From an uncultured Oscillospiraceae bacterium (GTDB lineage: Bacteria > Bacillota > Clostridia > Christensenellales > CAG-138): DNA of 64,000 nucleotides. The position numbers and the translations under genes are program-made. The stretch covers positions 58,814-122,813 of the forward strand of contig CAYZAW010000001.1 of the NCBI GenBank assembly GCA_964476505.1, written 5' to 3'. The notes under the pieces are model-generated. The model was not told the DNA's origin. It searched no databases and saw nothing but the letters and a program-made list of their open reading frames with translations. The first letter of the stretch is position 1. Each line of letters opens with the position of its first letter. Shown one piece after another: positions 1 to 8,993 of this stretch.

Positions 1-3000
1 CGGGGTTGATGAGGATTCCCGGGTCATTGTTGTCACGCGTGGCTTCAAACAGCTTGCAGAACCCGTCGTTGCGGTAGATCAGCCGGATACGCTCTCCCGC
101 TAGCTCGTAGGTGGCAATGCCGCCGGGAATGCTGTCTGTTAGAAGCTTCAGCTTGCTAAACGCATCTCTGTATTCCGTAATATCGCGCCCAATGCCGTAT
201 AAGCCGATCACACTGCCGTTGGATTCTCGCAGTAAATACTTGGAGGTGCTGGAATAGTGCGGAATACCGTCTGCAGAGGGGATGGATTCCACCATGTCCA
301 CGATGGATTTGCCGCTCTCCAGCAGTTGGGTATCGTCTCGCCGGAATTTCTCGGCGGTTTCCGACTCAAACACCTCGTAATCCGTTTTTCCAACGATATC
401 CTTCGGATCGTCGATCCCCGCCATATCCGCGAATGCGCGGCTTACGCAGATGTAGCGGAAGTTTTTATCCTTGGCAAAGGCAAGATCCGTTGTGGAGTCC
501 ATAATGGTGGAAAGCACCACGGGCAGCATTTGCTGGTACGACATTACCTCGTTGGAAATGGGCGTATAGGAGGCGTAAATGGCGTAAACGCCCTCCTCCT
601 TGGGAATGATTCGCCCTACCACATGGAAGGGCTTATAAACGCCCTTGCCGCAGAGGATGCGATAGTCGCAAACGGCATCGCGCTTCTGCCGGATGGCAGC
701 GTCGATCTCCTGCGTGATCACGATTCGGTCGTCCGGGTACACGGCAGAAAGAACGGAGGGGGACGTATAGTCCGCAGGCTCCCGTTCGATCAGCTCCCAA
801 TACCGCTTGTTGAAGTGGATCACAGACAGCTGTTCTCCGTCATACGCGTAAAGGGCAGCGCCGTGGGGCAGGTTATCCAACAGCTCCTTTTGCTGCTTTT
901 CCTCTTTGATCTGCTCGGAGGCATCCGTGAAGTAAAAATTCAAAAATGTATTGCCGAGGGCATCTTTCGAGCTTCGTCCGGATACCTTTGTCCAAATATA
1001 GCCGCCGTTTCCGCGCCTGATACGGTAGCGAGCGGTGATAGCGTCGTTGCTCTGCCGCAGTTGAGACAAAAAGCTTTTGGCAGCGGCGCTGTCTTCGGGA
1101 TGCACGTTTGCCAGCGCGTTGTTTTCGTATAACTCCGTTAAACGGATGTAGCTCATGCCGGTAAGCTTTACCAAGCTTTCGTTAAAGTACACCGGGGTTA
1201 CGGCACCGTCCGGGTGTATGCACAGCCTTGCAAAGCCGCCGGGCATATCCCGCATCATGCTGGCTAAATTTTCGTTGTCGCTGTTGATGCGCGCGGTAAG
1301 ATCGCGCCTAGTCAGCATCACGGCAATGTAATCCCCAAGCGCCGCAAGGCGGTTCACCTGCGTAAGCGGGCGGTGGGGGTCGTCCACACCGATCATTCCC
1401 ACCATCTTGCCGTCGCGGTTGAGCGGCACAGCAAACAGCGAGGTGATACCCTGTGCCAGCAGGCGTTCCTTTTCGTCCGCACGGGCATCGGAAAGCTTTG
1501 CTACGTCGTTGATGGCGTAATACCCGCGCGCCTGGAAGGCATGGAACCAGAATTCAAGTATGGAAAGCGGAATGCCCTGCAGGTTTTCCAGCTCGGCGCT
1601 AATGCCCGGTGCGCATACCTCATAGGTATTGTCGGTAACGCCGCGGTCAAAATCGAACTCAAAGATGTAGGAACGGATACCGCAAAAGTATTCCATGAGC
1701 TTACGCAGCGTGCCGTTGATGCCAACCGAGGTATCCGGCTGCGCCAGCAGCGCGTGCGCGGTTTCGTTGAGGAAGCGTAGCTGCTCGTCTGTATCCTTCA
1801 GCTCCTGCTCTGCATGCTTTTGCTCGGTGATATCCGTAAATATGCAAAGATGCACGTTTTGCTCGATGCCGGTAAAATGCGTGGAGGAAAGCCCAACACG
1901 CACCCAGCGAACAGAGCCGTCCTTCCGTACCAGCCGGTATTCCAGCTGTGCGGGCATGCGGGTCTGATAGGCGTGCACGATGTCTTCCTTCGCTTTTTTG
2001 CGGTCGTCCGGATGAACGGGCGCGTATTTGTCTGTGACCTCCGCCTCGTATTCCTCCCGGGTGTAGCCGTGGATGGCAAAGAATTGCTCGTTGGAGAACA
2101 ACAGCTGAATGCTGCCGTCTTGATCCAGCACGGTTGCGGTGATGCCGCAGCCTACGTCCGCCATGATGGCCTGCATTTGCTCCGCCGTTCTGCGTTCGCG
2201 CTGCTCCGCCTCTTTTTCCTCGGTGATATCCCGCAGGATGGAAAGCTGAACGGGCTCGCTGACCTCAGAGAGCTGACAGATGGAAATGGAGGAACGCAGG
2301 CGAAGCTTGCGGTGATCCCGGGTGACCGCATCGTATTCCACTACTCTTGTGGCTTTTGTATGATTGAGGCGTGCGGTTTCGTCCGCTACCCACGGGCGAT
2401 CCTTGGGGGATATGGTTTGGTAGGGGGAATGCACCTCTTCCTCAAACTGCTCCTTTGTGTAGCCCAGCATGGTATAGTAATGGTCGTTGGCAAACAGGTA
2501 TTGCGCTGCGCCGTCCTTTACCACAGCCGCGATGATGCCGATATCTACATTGTCCATAATGGTTTGCATCCGCGTTGCCGCTTGGCGCTCCGCCTGCTCT
2601 GCTATGCGCTGGGCGGTGATATTCTCGTTGGTGCAATACACAAGGTAGCGGTCTCCCGCCGAGGCGATGACCCGCATGGTGGAGCGCAGGTGTGTTTCCG
2701 CGGGGCAGCCCGGCAGATCACGGAAAATATATTCCTCGGTGACCTCGCTCTTTGCTGCGATGGATTCCTCTAATGCTGCGGTGATTCGCCGCAGCGTTTC
2801 CTCGTCAACATGCTCCGACCAGTTGAGCTTTAGCGCGTCCTCCACGGTGATGCCAACGCCGCCTATCATTTGAGCGTATTTTTCCGTGGCGCGAAGCAGT
2901 TCTATCTTTCCGTTATGGTATTCGTAAATGCATGCACCGCCAACATAGCTGTTGAAAATAAGGGTATCCATGCTTTCCGGGTCCCAGAAAGCGTTGTTAT

Positions 3001-3562
3001 CCAAATTCTCCACCGTTTCCAGCGCAAGCAGGTGTTCCTCCTTGCCCGCGCCTTTACAAAGCGCTTCATACTCCGCTACGGGCATGGGGCGCGCGTATAA
3101 ATAGCCCTGTATGTAATCGCAGCCGATGGAGCGCAGGAAATCCGCCTGCTCTGTCGTTTCCACACCCTCTGCGATCACAGACATATCCAGCCACTTTGCC
3201 ATCCGCACGATGGATTCCACGATGTTGCCGCCCCGCTGGGTGTTGGTGGTGCTCTCCAAGAATTTCATGTCCAGCTTGATGACCTGCGCCGGAACATCCT
3301 TTAATGTGTTGAGCGACGAGTATCCGCTGCCGAAATCGTCTATCTCCACGGTAAAGCCTGCTTTTAAAAGCTGCTTGACCACGGCAATGATCTGCTCGGC
3401 AGACTTGCTGAAGGCGGATTCCGTGATCTCCAAGCGCAGCAGATCCACAGGCAGCCGGTAGGTTTTTACCAGCCCCGTGATCACATCCACGATATCATCC
3501 CTGAAAATATCGTAGCGGGAGATATTCACCGATACCGGAAGCGGGTTTCGCTCTTCGTCGAT
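1..3562 (-). CDS. Continuation of the 3563..4699 reading frame: rest of an EAL phosphodiesterase domain, then a long PAS/GAF/PAS sensor array. The 3' end lies outside the window.
   Basis: Hand translation of the minus strand in the frame of codon 3562-3560 stays open down to position 2. The ORF track shows no closed minus ORF in that frame. Translation gives IDEERNPLPVSVNISRYD, LEITESAF, EIDDFGSGYSSLNTL and GCDYIQGYLYARPMP (EAL motifs), then PAS-like blocks and a GAF-like block (LFAVPLNRDGKMVGMIGVDDPHRP). No ATG with an RBS follows the upstream TAG. Confidence 0.8.
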   Translation of the reverse strand, partial: MDEERNPLPVSVNISRYDIFRDDIVDVITGLVKTYRLPVDLLRLEITESAFSKSAEQIIAVVKQLLKAGFTVEIDDFGSGYSSLNTLKDVPAQVIKLDMKFLESTTNTQRGGNIVESIVRMAKWLDMSVIAEGVETTEQADFLRSIGCDYIQGYLYARPMPVAEYEALCKGAGKEEHLLALETVENLDNNAFWDPESMDTLIFNSYVGGACIYEYHNGKIELLRATEKYAQMIGGVGITVEDALKLNWSEHVDEETLRRITAALEESIAAKSEVTEEYIFRDLPGCPAETHLRSTMRVIASAGDRYLVYCTNENITAQRIAEQAERQAATRMQTIMDNVDIGIIAAVVKDGAAQYLFANDHYYTMLGYTKEQFEEEVHSPYQTISPKDRPWVADETARLNHTKATRVVEYDAVTRDHRKLRLRSSISICQLSEVSEPVQLSILRDITEEKEAEQRERRTAEQMQAIMADVGCGITATVLDQDGSIQLLFSNEQFFAIHGYTREEYEAEVTDKYAPVHPDDRKKAKEDIVHAYQTRMPAQLEYRLVRKDGSVRWVRVGLSSTHFTGIEQNVHLCIFTDITEQKHAEQELKDTDEQLRFLNETAHALLAQPDTSVGINGTLRKLMEYFCGIRSYIFEFDFDRGVTDNTYEVCAPGISAELENLQGIPLSILEFWFHAFQARGYYAINDVAKLSDARADEKERLLAQGITSLFAVPLNRDGKMVGMIGVDDPHRPLTQVNRLAALGDYIAVMLTRRDLTARINSDNENLASMMRDMPGGFARLCIHPDGAVTPVYFNESLVKLTGMSYIRLTELYENNALANVHPEDSAAAKSFLSQLRQSNDAITARYRIRRGNGGYIWTKVSGRSSKDALGNTFLNFYFTDASEQIKEEKQQKELLDNLPHGAALYAYDGEQLSVIHFNKRYWELIEREPADYTSPSVLSAVYPDDRIVITQEIDAAIRQKRDAVCDYRILCGKGVYKPFHVVGRIIPKEEGVYAIYASYTPISNEVMSYQQMLPVVLSTIMDSTTDLAFAKDKNFRYICVSRAFADMAGIDDPKDIVGKTDYEVFESETAEKFRRDDTQLLESGKSIVDMVESIPSADGIPHYSSTSKYLLRESNGSVIGLYGIGRDITEYRDAFSKLKLLTDSIPGGIATYELAGERIRLIYRNDGFCKLFEATRDNNDPGILINP

Positions 3563-4699
3563 CTAGCGCCTTAAATATTGGCAGACTCGCTCCCAAATGC
3601 ATTTATCCAGCTCGTAAACAAAGCCGTTCTTCTCAAATATGGGGATGAACACGCCGGGCGGGATCAAGCCCTTTTCCGGGTGCCGCCAGCGGGCGAGCGC
3701 TTCCGCACCGATGAGTGCGCCCGTGGAGTGGTTGTATTGGGGCTGGAACCACGGCTCAAACTGACCGCCGGAGAGTGCCGATTCCATGTCTGTTACAACT
3801 TCCTGCTCCGAGATGAGGCGTTTGCGAAGAGATTCATCGTAGTTGGCGATCTGCTCATCGTACCGGCCCTTGATGGAATCCGCCGCAAGCATGGCTCTGT
3901 CGTACATGGCGCTGGGGGAAAGGGACAGGTCGTCTACCAGATACCGCCCGATGCTGAAGGTAACGGGGGAGACAAGCCCGTTTACGGTGCTTGCCTGTAT
4001 CCGCATGTTTTTTAAGACTTCTGCGTCCCGCAGCTTGGACGGGTACAGCACGGCAAAATCGTCCGCGGCAACCCGGCATACAATGCCGCCGTGTGCCTCA
4101 AAGCCCTCCCGGAACACATTGGCGATGTACTGTAATACCTCGTCGCCCTTTTTCGTGCCGTATTGATCGTTGATGACCTTGAAGCGGTCGATATCAAAGC
4201 AGGCCATGATGTAATAGCCGGGTGCTTGCGCCTGTACCATTTGCTGCGCCTTCTCAAAGAAGGTTTCCCGGCTGTAAAGCCCTGTGAGCTTGTCCCGCTG
4301 TAACGTATTGACCGTTGCGGCGGCTTCCCGAAGGGCAATGTTGTTTTTCAGGCAGTGGCGGATAACCTCCGGGTTATAGGGCTTCATGATGTAATCGTTT
4401 GCGCCAAGCGTGAGGCATTTGCTTCTGGCTTCTTCGTCCTCGTTGCCGGTGATCATGATAACGGGAATCTGCGATAGCAGCGGGTTCTCCCGAATCCGCT
4501 TCAATACCTCGTAGCCGTCCATTTCCGGCATTACGATGTCCAGCAGTACAGCGGAAACAGACGCGTAGTGATCGGCTAGCGATAAAAGCGCGTCTTTGCC
4601 GCAGGCAGCCTCCAAAACCGTATACTCGGGGGTGAGTGCGGCTTTTAAAAGCTTTCTGTTGGGCGAAATATCATCAACGATCAGCAGCGTTTTTTTCAT
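3563..4699 (-). CDS. Response-regulator receiver + degenerate GGDEF domain + first ~65 residues of an EAL domain, ending at an in-frame TAG
   Basis: ORF track 3563..4810. Start moved to ATG 4699 (MKKTLLIVDD), preceded by GAAAGG. REC motifs are present (LLDIVMPEMDGYE). The GGDEF position reads RVAADDFAVL, which is degenerate. The EAL start reads GAEALARWRHPEKGLIPPGVFIPIFEKNG. Stop is TAG at 3565-3563. Confidence 0.85.
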   Translation of the reverse strand: MKKTLLIVDDISPNRKLLKAALTPEYTVLEAACGKDALLSLADHYASVSAVLLDIVMPEMDGYEVLKRIRENPLLSQIPVIMITGNEDEEARSKCLTLGANDYIMKPYNPEVIRHCLKNNIALREAAATVNTLQRDKLTGLYSRETFFEKAQQMVQAQAPGYYIMACFDIDRFKVINDQYGTKKGDEVLQYIANVFREGFEAHGGIVCRVAADDFAVLYPSKLRDAEVLKNMRIQASTVNGLVSPVTFSIGRYLVDDLSLSPSAMYDRAMLAADSIKGRYDEQIANYDESLRKRLISEQEVVTDMESALSGGQFEPWFQPQYNHSTGALIGAEALARWRHPEKGLIPPGVFIPIFEKNGFVYELDKCIWERVCQYLRR

Positions 4700-4866
4700 A
4701 ACAGCTTGCCTTTCTGTTAAAATACATGTTTTGATGCGGCAACCCGCAAACGATTTCGCACGATAAACGAATACATCATATTCATACCACGAAAATGTGA
4801 AATTTAACATTATATAGAAAAATCTGCTGTATGCTGTAAAAGCGCGTCAACACAAGAGGATTCGTA

Positions 4867-4899
4867 GCAAAAAAGAAGGTGCGGGTTTGTACCGCACCT
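4867..4899 (-). terminator. Rho-independent terminator after the hybrid kinase gene
   Basis: Minus strand reads AGGTGCGG-tacaaac-CCGCACCT followed by TCTTTTTTG, about 40 nt after the stop at 4939. Confidence 0.7.
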
Positions 4900-4938
4900 A
4901 ACAAAAGCAGGCTGTTTGTCTTTACTGTGTTATGCTGT

Positions 4939-7900
4939 TTATTCGTCTTGCCGTGACAGCATATTCCGGTGCTTGTTGGCATACGCCTTGGTAAGCTCTA
5001 TGCCAAGCACATCCGGCTCAATGGGCTTGGAAACATGCGCGTTCATGCCGGAGGAGAGGGATTTTGTGATGTCCTCGCTAAAGGCGTTGGCGGTCAGCGC
5101 AACGATCTGCACGTTGTGCGCGTCCGGGTGGGAGGAGGCACGAATGAGGCGCGTGGCCTCATAACCGTCCATATTGGGCATTTGAATGTCCATAAGGATG
5201 ATGTCGTAATACCCCTTGGGAGAGGCAAGGAACATATCTAGCGCTATTTTACCGTCCTGCGCGCAATCGCAGGTAGCGCCGAATTTTACATGGATGATGT
5301 TTTCCGCTACCATGCGGTTCATGGCGTTGTCCTCCGCCAGAAGGATGCGCATATTTCTAAGATCGTGCGCTGAAGGCACGGATTCCGGCTGGGCGGTGTG
5401 CCCGCCGGAGAGCGTTGCGAACAGGTCGAACAGGGTGGATTGATACAGCGGCTTGGATAAAAACAGGTTAGCGCCCGCAGACTGAATGCTTTCGTCGGAC
5501 TGATAATGGTCGTAGGCGGACGTAACGATAATGTAGGGCTCGCTGCCCAGCATTTCCCGGATGCAGCGGGTGGTTTCCAAACCGTTCATGTTCGGCATTT
5601 TCCAGTCTACCAAGCACACGTTATAGGGATCATCCGTCTTGGCAGCGCGGTTTAGCTCCGTAAGCGCTGCTTCGCCGCTTTCCGCGCACAGGTGGCGCAC
5701 GCCGATGCGCCCCAGCGCGGCGGAAAGATACTCCCTGTCGGCAGCCTCGTCGTCCACGGCAAGAACGTGCAGGTTCTGCGCGCCCTCTAATATGCCGGTG
5801 ACGGCTTCCGCCTCACTTTTGATGAACGGCAGATCAACAATAAAGGTTGTGCCGTGCCCTTGACTGCTTTTTACGGTCACGACCCCGTCCATCATACTGA
5901 CCAAGCTGCCAACGATAGACAGCCCTAAGCCGTTTCCGCCGTATTTCTGCGCGGTCACGGCGTTTTCCTGTTCAAAGGGCTTGAACAGGCGCTCCTGCAT
6001 TTCGTCGCTCATGCCGCAGCCGGTGTCTACCACTTCAAAATGGATGATGACCTTGTCCTTATGCACCGACTGTTGGCTGATGCATAACCGGATAGAGCCC
6101 TGCTCGGTAAACTTGAGGGCGTTATTGAGCAGGTTGAGTAGGATCTGGTTGACCCGAAGCGAGTCGCCCATGAGCCATTCGTCAACGGAGGTCAAATAAA
6201 CGGTTTCGTAGGATAGCTGCTTTTGCCGGCATTGCTGCTCGTAAAGCTCGGTAATGTTTGTGATCAGGCGAATAAAATTGAAGGGCGCATGCGCCAGCTT
6301 CATTTTGCCGGATTCGATGGAGGACACATCCAGTACATCGTTGATAACGGACAGCAGCTGCTTTGCTGCGGTATTGCAATAGGCAAGGTAGGCCTCCGTT
6401 TGCGCGGCGTCCGAATCCTTCGCCAGCTCCATAAAGCCGATGATGGCGTTAAGCGGCGTGCGAAGCTCGTGGCTCACACGGGACAGGAATTGGGACTTTG
6501 CGCTGCTGGCCTGATTTGCGGCGGCAAGGGCTTCGGAAAGCGCCCTGCTCTTTTCTGCTTCCTCGCGGATCAGGTCGGTCACATCCTCGCGCATCATCAC
6601 AATGATCAAGCGCTGGGGATCGATATAATACTGGGTGATTCGCTTGTACCGCACCGTGCCGTCGGGCCGCCGCATGCGATAGGTGTACACGAACCGCCCG
6701 CCGTCCTTCAGGTGGGCATGTATGGTATCGATCAGCGAGTTTTGTATCGCCATTTCCCGATCCTCCGGGAACACGCAGTCGTTATACAAAGAGCGCGTAA
6801 CGGCATCCGCATCGTCTCCGAACTGCGGCGGCATGTGGTACAGGCCTGCCTTTTCCAACACGTCAAAATGCTTGGTTCTGCCGTCGATTCGCGCAACAAA
6901 GTCGTAATTGTCCGTTGCGATGCTGTGGTACATCAGCTCCTGCATCTTTTCCGCTTCAATATCGTACCAGTAGCTGAACAGCAGTATGTTTCCGCTGGCG
7001 GGGTCTCGAAGAAGCCGCAGCGAATTGCGTACCCATGTGACCATGCCGTTTGGCAGCATTCTGCGGTACTCCAGCTTGAATTCGCTTTCGCCGGCGGCAA
7101 AACGCGAAAGGAGCTTGGCAGAATCGTTTAGCGCAAGAAAGCGCGCCCGTTCGTCGTCGTCGATCAAAAGCGATGCGTTTGCCTGCCCGTAGGAGAATAC
7201 GGTTCGCTGGTCTTCCGGCACCACGGAGCCGTCCTGATAGCGGTAATCCAGCATTTCGCCGGTGGTAAGGTCGAAGGTTGCATGGGCAATGAGGTTATCC
7301 TCCGCCATGAAATCCCGCTCTTTTTGCAGCTCCCGTTCGTATTTTACAACGGCCTCCTGCCGCTGGGTCTCGTCGGTAGACATGCCAACAGCCCGGAAGG
7401 GCTTGCCGTTTTCGTCATAGGCGTTGGTGTAGCGGATATGCTCGTACCAGTAGCTCTTGCGGTCGGACGTTAGCACCTTGAATACGCCCTCGGCAAAGGG
7501 TTCGCCGGCAAACAGCTTGTTGTACATCTCTAAAAACGCCGCGGCACTGTCCGGGTGTACAAAACCGCTTTCTATCAGGCTTTCGGGCACGTTAGGCACC
7601 ACTTGCTGAAAGCCGTGCATTTGTGTGGAGTTTTGATATTGAATGATGCAGCGCCGCTTAAAGTCGTACTCCCAAATGCTGACGCTGGTGTTTTTCATAG
7701 CTACGTCAATGATCTGCTCGGCCTTTTTCAGCTCCGTCAGGTCGGTATAGGTGGCGTATACGGTGGCGGTGCCGTCTGCATGCGTAACTGCTTCCGCACG
7801 GATGTGCACCCACTTGAGCCCGCCGTCATCGGTCACGTAACGATACGTCATTTCCTGCTCGCCGCGTTCCTGCGCCATGCTAAGCAGCTTTTCCTGCACC

Positions 7901-8778
7901 ATGCCCCGGTCGTCCGGGTATACGCCTGCTAAAATATCCTGCTGCATGCGTTCCCGCAGGGTGCCGGCGTCCGTTTGGCAGATGGCCGCAAGGCCGCCGG
8001 AAAGATACTGGATGTCTAACCGCCCGTCCCTTGTAACGTCGCAGATGGCTAAGCCGCAGGCAAAATGCTCCACGGTTTCGGCAAGCTGCTTAAGCTGGGC
8101 GCGTTCACTGCGCACGCGCACATTTTGGAAGAACAGGAACGCCAAAACAAGGCATAGCATGTTGGCGGGGAAGATCATCAGCCAACCGGGGTTCAACAGC
8201 TGCACGGGAATGGCGATTCCCAGTATCAACGGCTGTAAAACAAGCACCGCCTTGGGGTAGTTTTCGGGAATGTGCTTTCGCCTAAACCATACCAAAAGCA
8301 GCATACCGATGGCATATAAATAATACAGCCCAACCATGCCTAGGAGAAACAGCGGTCCGCGCGTGTATTCAAAATTGGGGCCCAGCGAATAGAAAAACTC
8401 CGTCCATGGGTTAGAGAGCACCAGCAGCCCGTAAATACCGTACAGCACCCATATAGCTGTTGCGAGATGCCTGCGACCGTAGTCGTTGCCCTCGTACAGG
8501 ATGGTCAGCGCATACATAAACAGGGTTACGATCATCAGCTCCTGCGTGAGCAGGTAGAGCATCATGAACAGATGGTACAGGAAATGCGAGACCGGAAAAT
8601 CCATGGCAACGCTGGCGGCGATATCGATAAGCGTCATAATGATGCTGGCACGCAGGCACCAAACAAAGCTTTTGTTTCGTGCCGTGTACTGATCCTCGGG
8701 GAGCATGCGTACCGTGTAATAATACAACGCACACATTACAAGCAGCCCTACGATATCCGTATCGATATGCCAGAACAT
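4939..8778 (-). CDS. Hybrid sensor histidine kinase (polytopic membrane N-terminus, PAS repeats, HisKA, HATPase_c, two receiver domains)
   Basis: ORF track 4939..8823. Start moved to ATG 8778, 8 nt after GGAGGAA. Motifs: SHELRTPLNAIIGF (H-box), DTGCGM...GGNGLGLSIV (ATPase), VDDEAADRE...DWKMPNMNG and LAEDNAMNR...MDIQMPNMDG (two REC domains). Confidence 0.9.
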   Translation of the reverse strand: MFWHIDTDIVGLLVMCALYYYTVRMLPEDQYTARNKSFVWCLRASIIMTLIDIAASVAMDFPVSHFLYHLFMMLYLLTQELMIVTLFMYALTILYEGNDYGRRHLATAIWVLYGIYGLLVLSNPWTEFFYSLGPNFEYTRGPLFLLGMVGLYYLYAIGMLLLVWFRRKHIPENYPKAVLVLQPLILGIAIPVQLLNPGWLMIFPANMLCLVLAFLFFQNVRVRSERAQLKQLAETVEHFACGLAICDVTRDGRLDIQYLSGGLAAICQTDAGTLRERMQQDILAGVYPDDRGMVQEKLLSMAQERGEQEMTYRYVTDDGGLKWVHIRAEAVTHADGTATVYATYTDLTELKKAEQIIDVAMKNTSVSIWEYDFKRRCIIQYQNSTQMHGFQQVVPNVPESLIESGFVHPDSAAAFLEMYNKLFAGEPFAEGVFKVLTSDRKSYWYEHIRYTNAYDENGKPFRAVGMSTDETQRQEAVVKYERELQKERDFMAEDNLIAHATFDLTTGEMLDYRYQDGSVVPEDQRTVFSYGQANASLLIDDDERARFLALNDSAKLLSRFAAGESEFKLEYRRMLPNGMVTWVRNSLRLLRDPASGNILLFSYWYDIEAEKMQELMYHSIATDNYDFVARIDGRTKHFDVLEKAGLYHMPPQFGDDADAVTRSLYNDCVFPEDREMAIQNSLIDTIHAHLKDGGRFVYTYRMRRPDGTVRYKRITQYYIDPQRLIIVMMREDVTDLIREEAEKSRALSEALAAANQASSAKSQFLSRVSHELRTPLNAIIGFMELAKDSDAAQTEAYLAYCNTAAKQLLSVINDVLDVSSIESGKMKLAHAPFNFIRLITNITELYEQQCRQKQLSYETVYLTSVDEWLMGDSLRVNQILLNLLNNALKFTEQGSIRLCISQQSVHKDKVIIHFEVVDTGCGMSDEMQERLFKPFEQENAVTAQKYGGNGLGLSIVGSLVSMMDGVVTVKSSQGHGTTFIVDLPFIKSEAEAVTGILEGAQNLHVLAVDDEAADREYLSAALGRIGVRHLCAESGEAALTELNRAAKTDDPYNVCLVDWKMPNMNGLETTRCIREMLGSEPYIIVTSAYDHYQSDESIQSAGANLFLSKPLYQSTLFDLFATLSGGHTAQPESVPSAHDLRNMRILLAEDNAMNRMVAENIIHVKFGATCDCAQDGKIALDMFLASPKGYYDIILMDIQMPNMDGYEATRLIRASSHPDAHNVQIVALTANAFSEDITKSLSSGMNAHVSKPIEPDVLGIELTKAYANKHRNMLSRQDE

Positions 8779-8934
8779 GATCCGTATTCCTCCAGTCGCG
8801 CGGTTGTTGTTTATCGAACGCAAAGAGCGTTGGTTTGGCTGTTTTTAAGAGATAAAACTTTAAACATGACAGTATTCCTTATAATAAGTATAAACTTTGT
8901 TATGCAAATCATAACAGCAAACAGGCGGTTCTTT

Positions 8935-8977
8935 CAAAAAACAGGGCTGCGGCAAACTGCCGCAGCCCTGTTTTTTT
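8935..8977. terminator. Bidirectional hairpin terminator (serves the DAACS transporter gene)
   Basis: AAAAAA-CAGGGCTGCGGCA-aac-TGCCGCAGCCCTG-TTTTTTT: a 13-bp perfect stem flanked by an A-run and a T-run. Confidence 0.8.
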
Positions 8978-8993
8978 GTATATCCGTACTGTT

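Noticed and set aside
257-2773. Long plus-strand ORFs (257..1132, 291 aa; 1814..2773, 319 aa) and others up to 3461
   Set aside because: They lie antisense to the open minus-strand frame, which carries clear EAL, PAS and GAF motifs. Their translations are low-complexity (R/G/V/L-rich) and lack RBS-linked starts. They are typical shadow ORFs of a GC-rich gene.
3563-3565. Reading the in-frame TAG as pyrrolysine or another recoded residue
   Set aside because: The window holds no pyl genes, no PYLIS-like evidence and no second example. A nonsense mutation or sequencing error is simpler. The idea is kept only as an alternative to test in the related finding.
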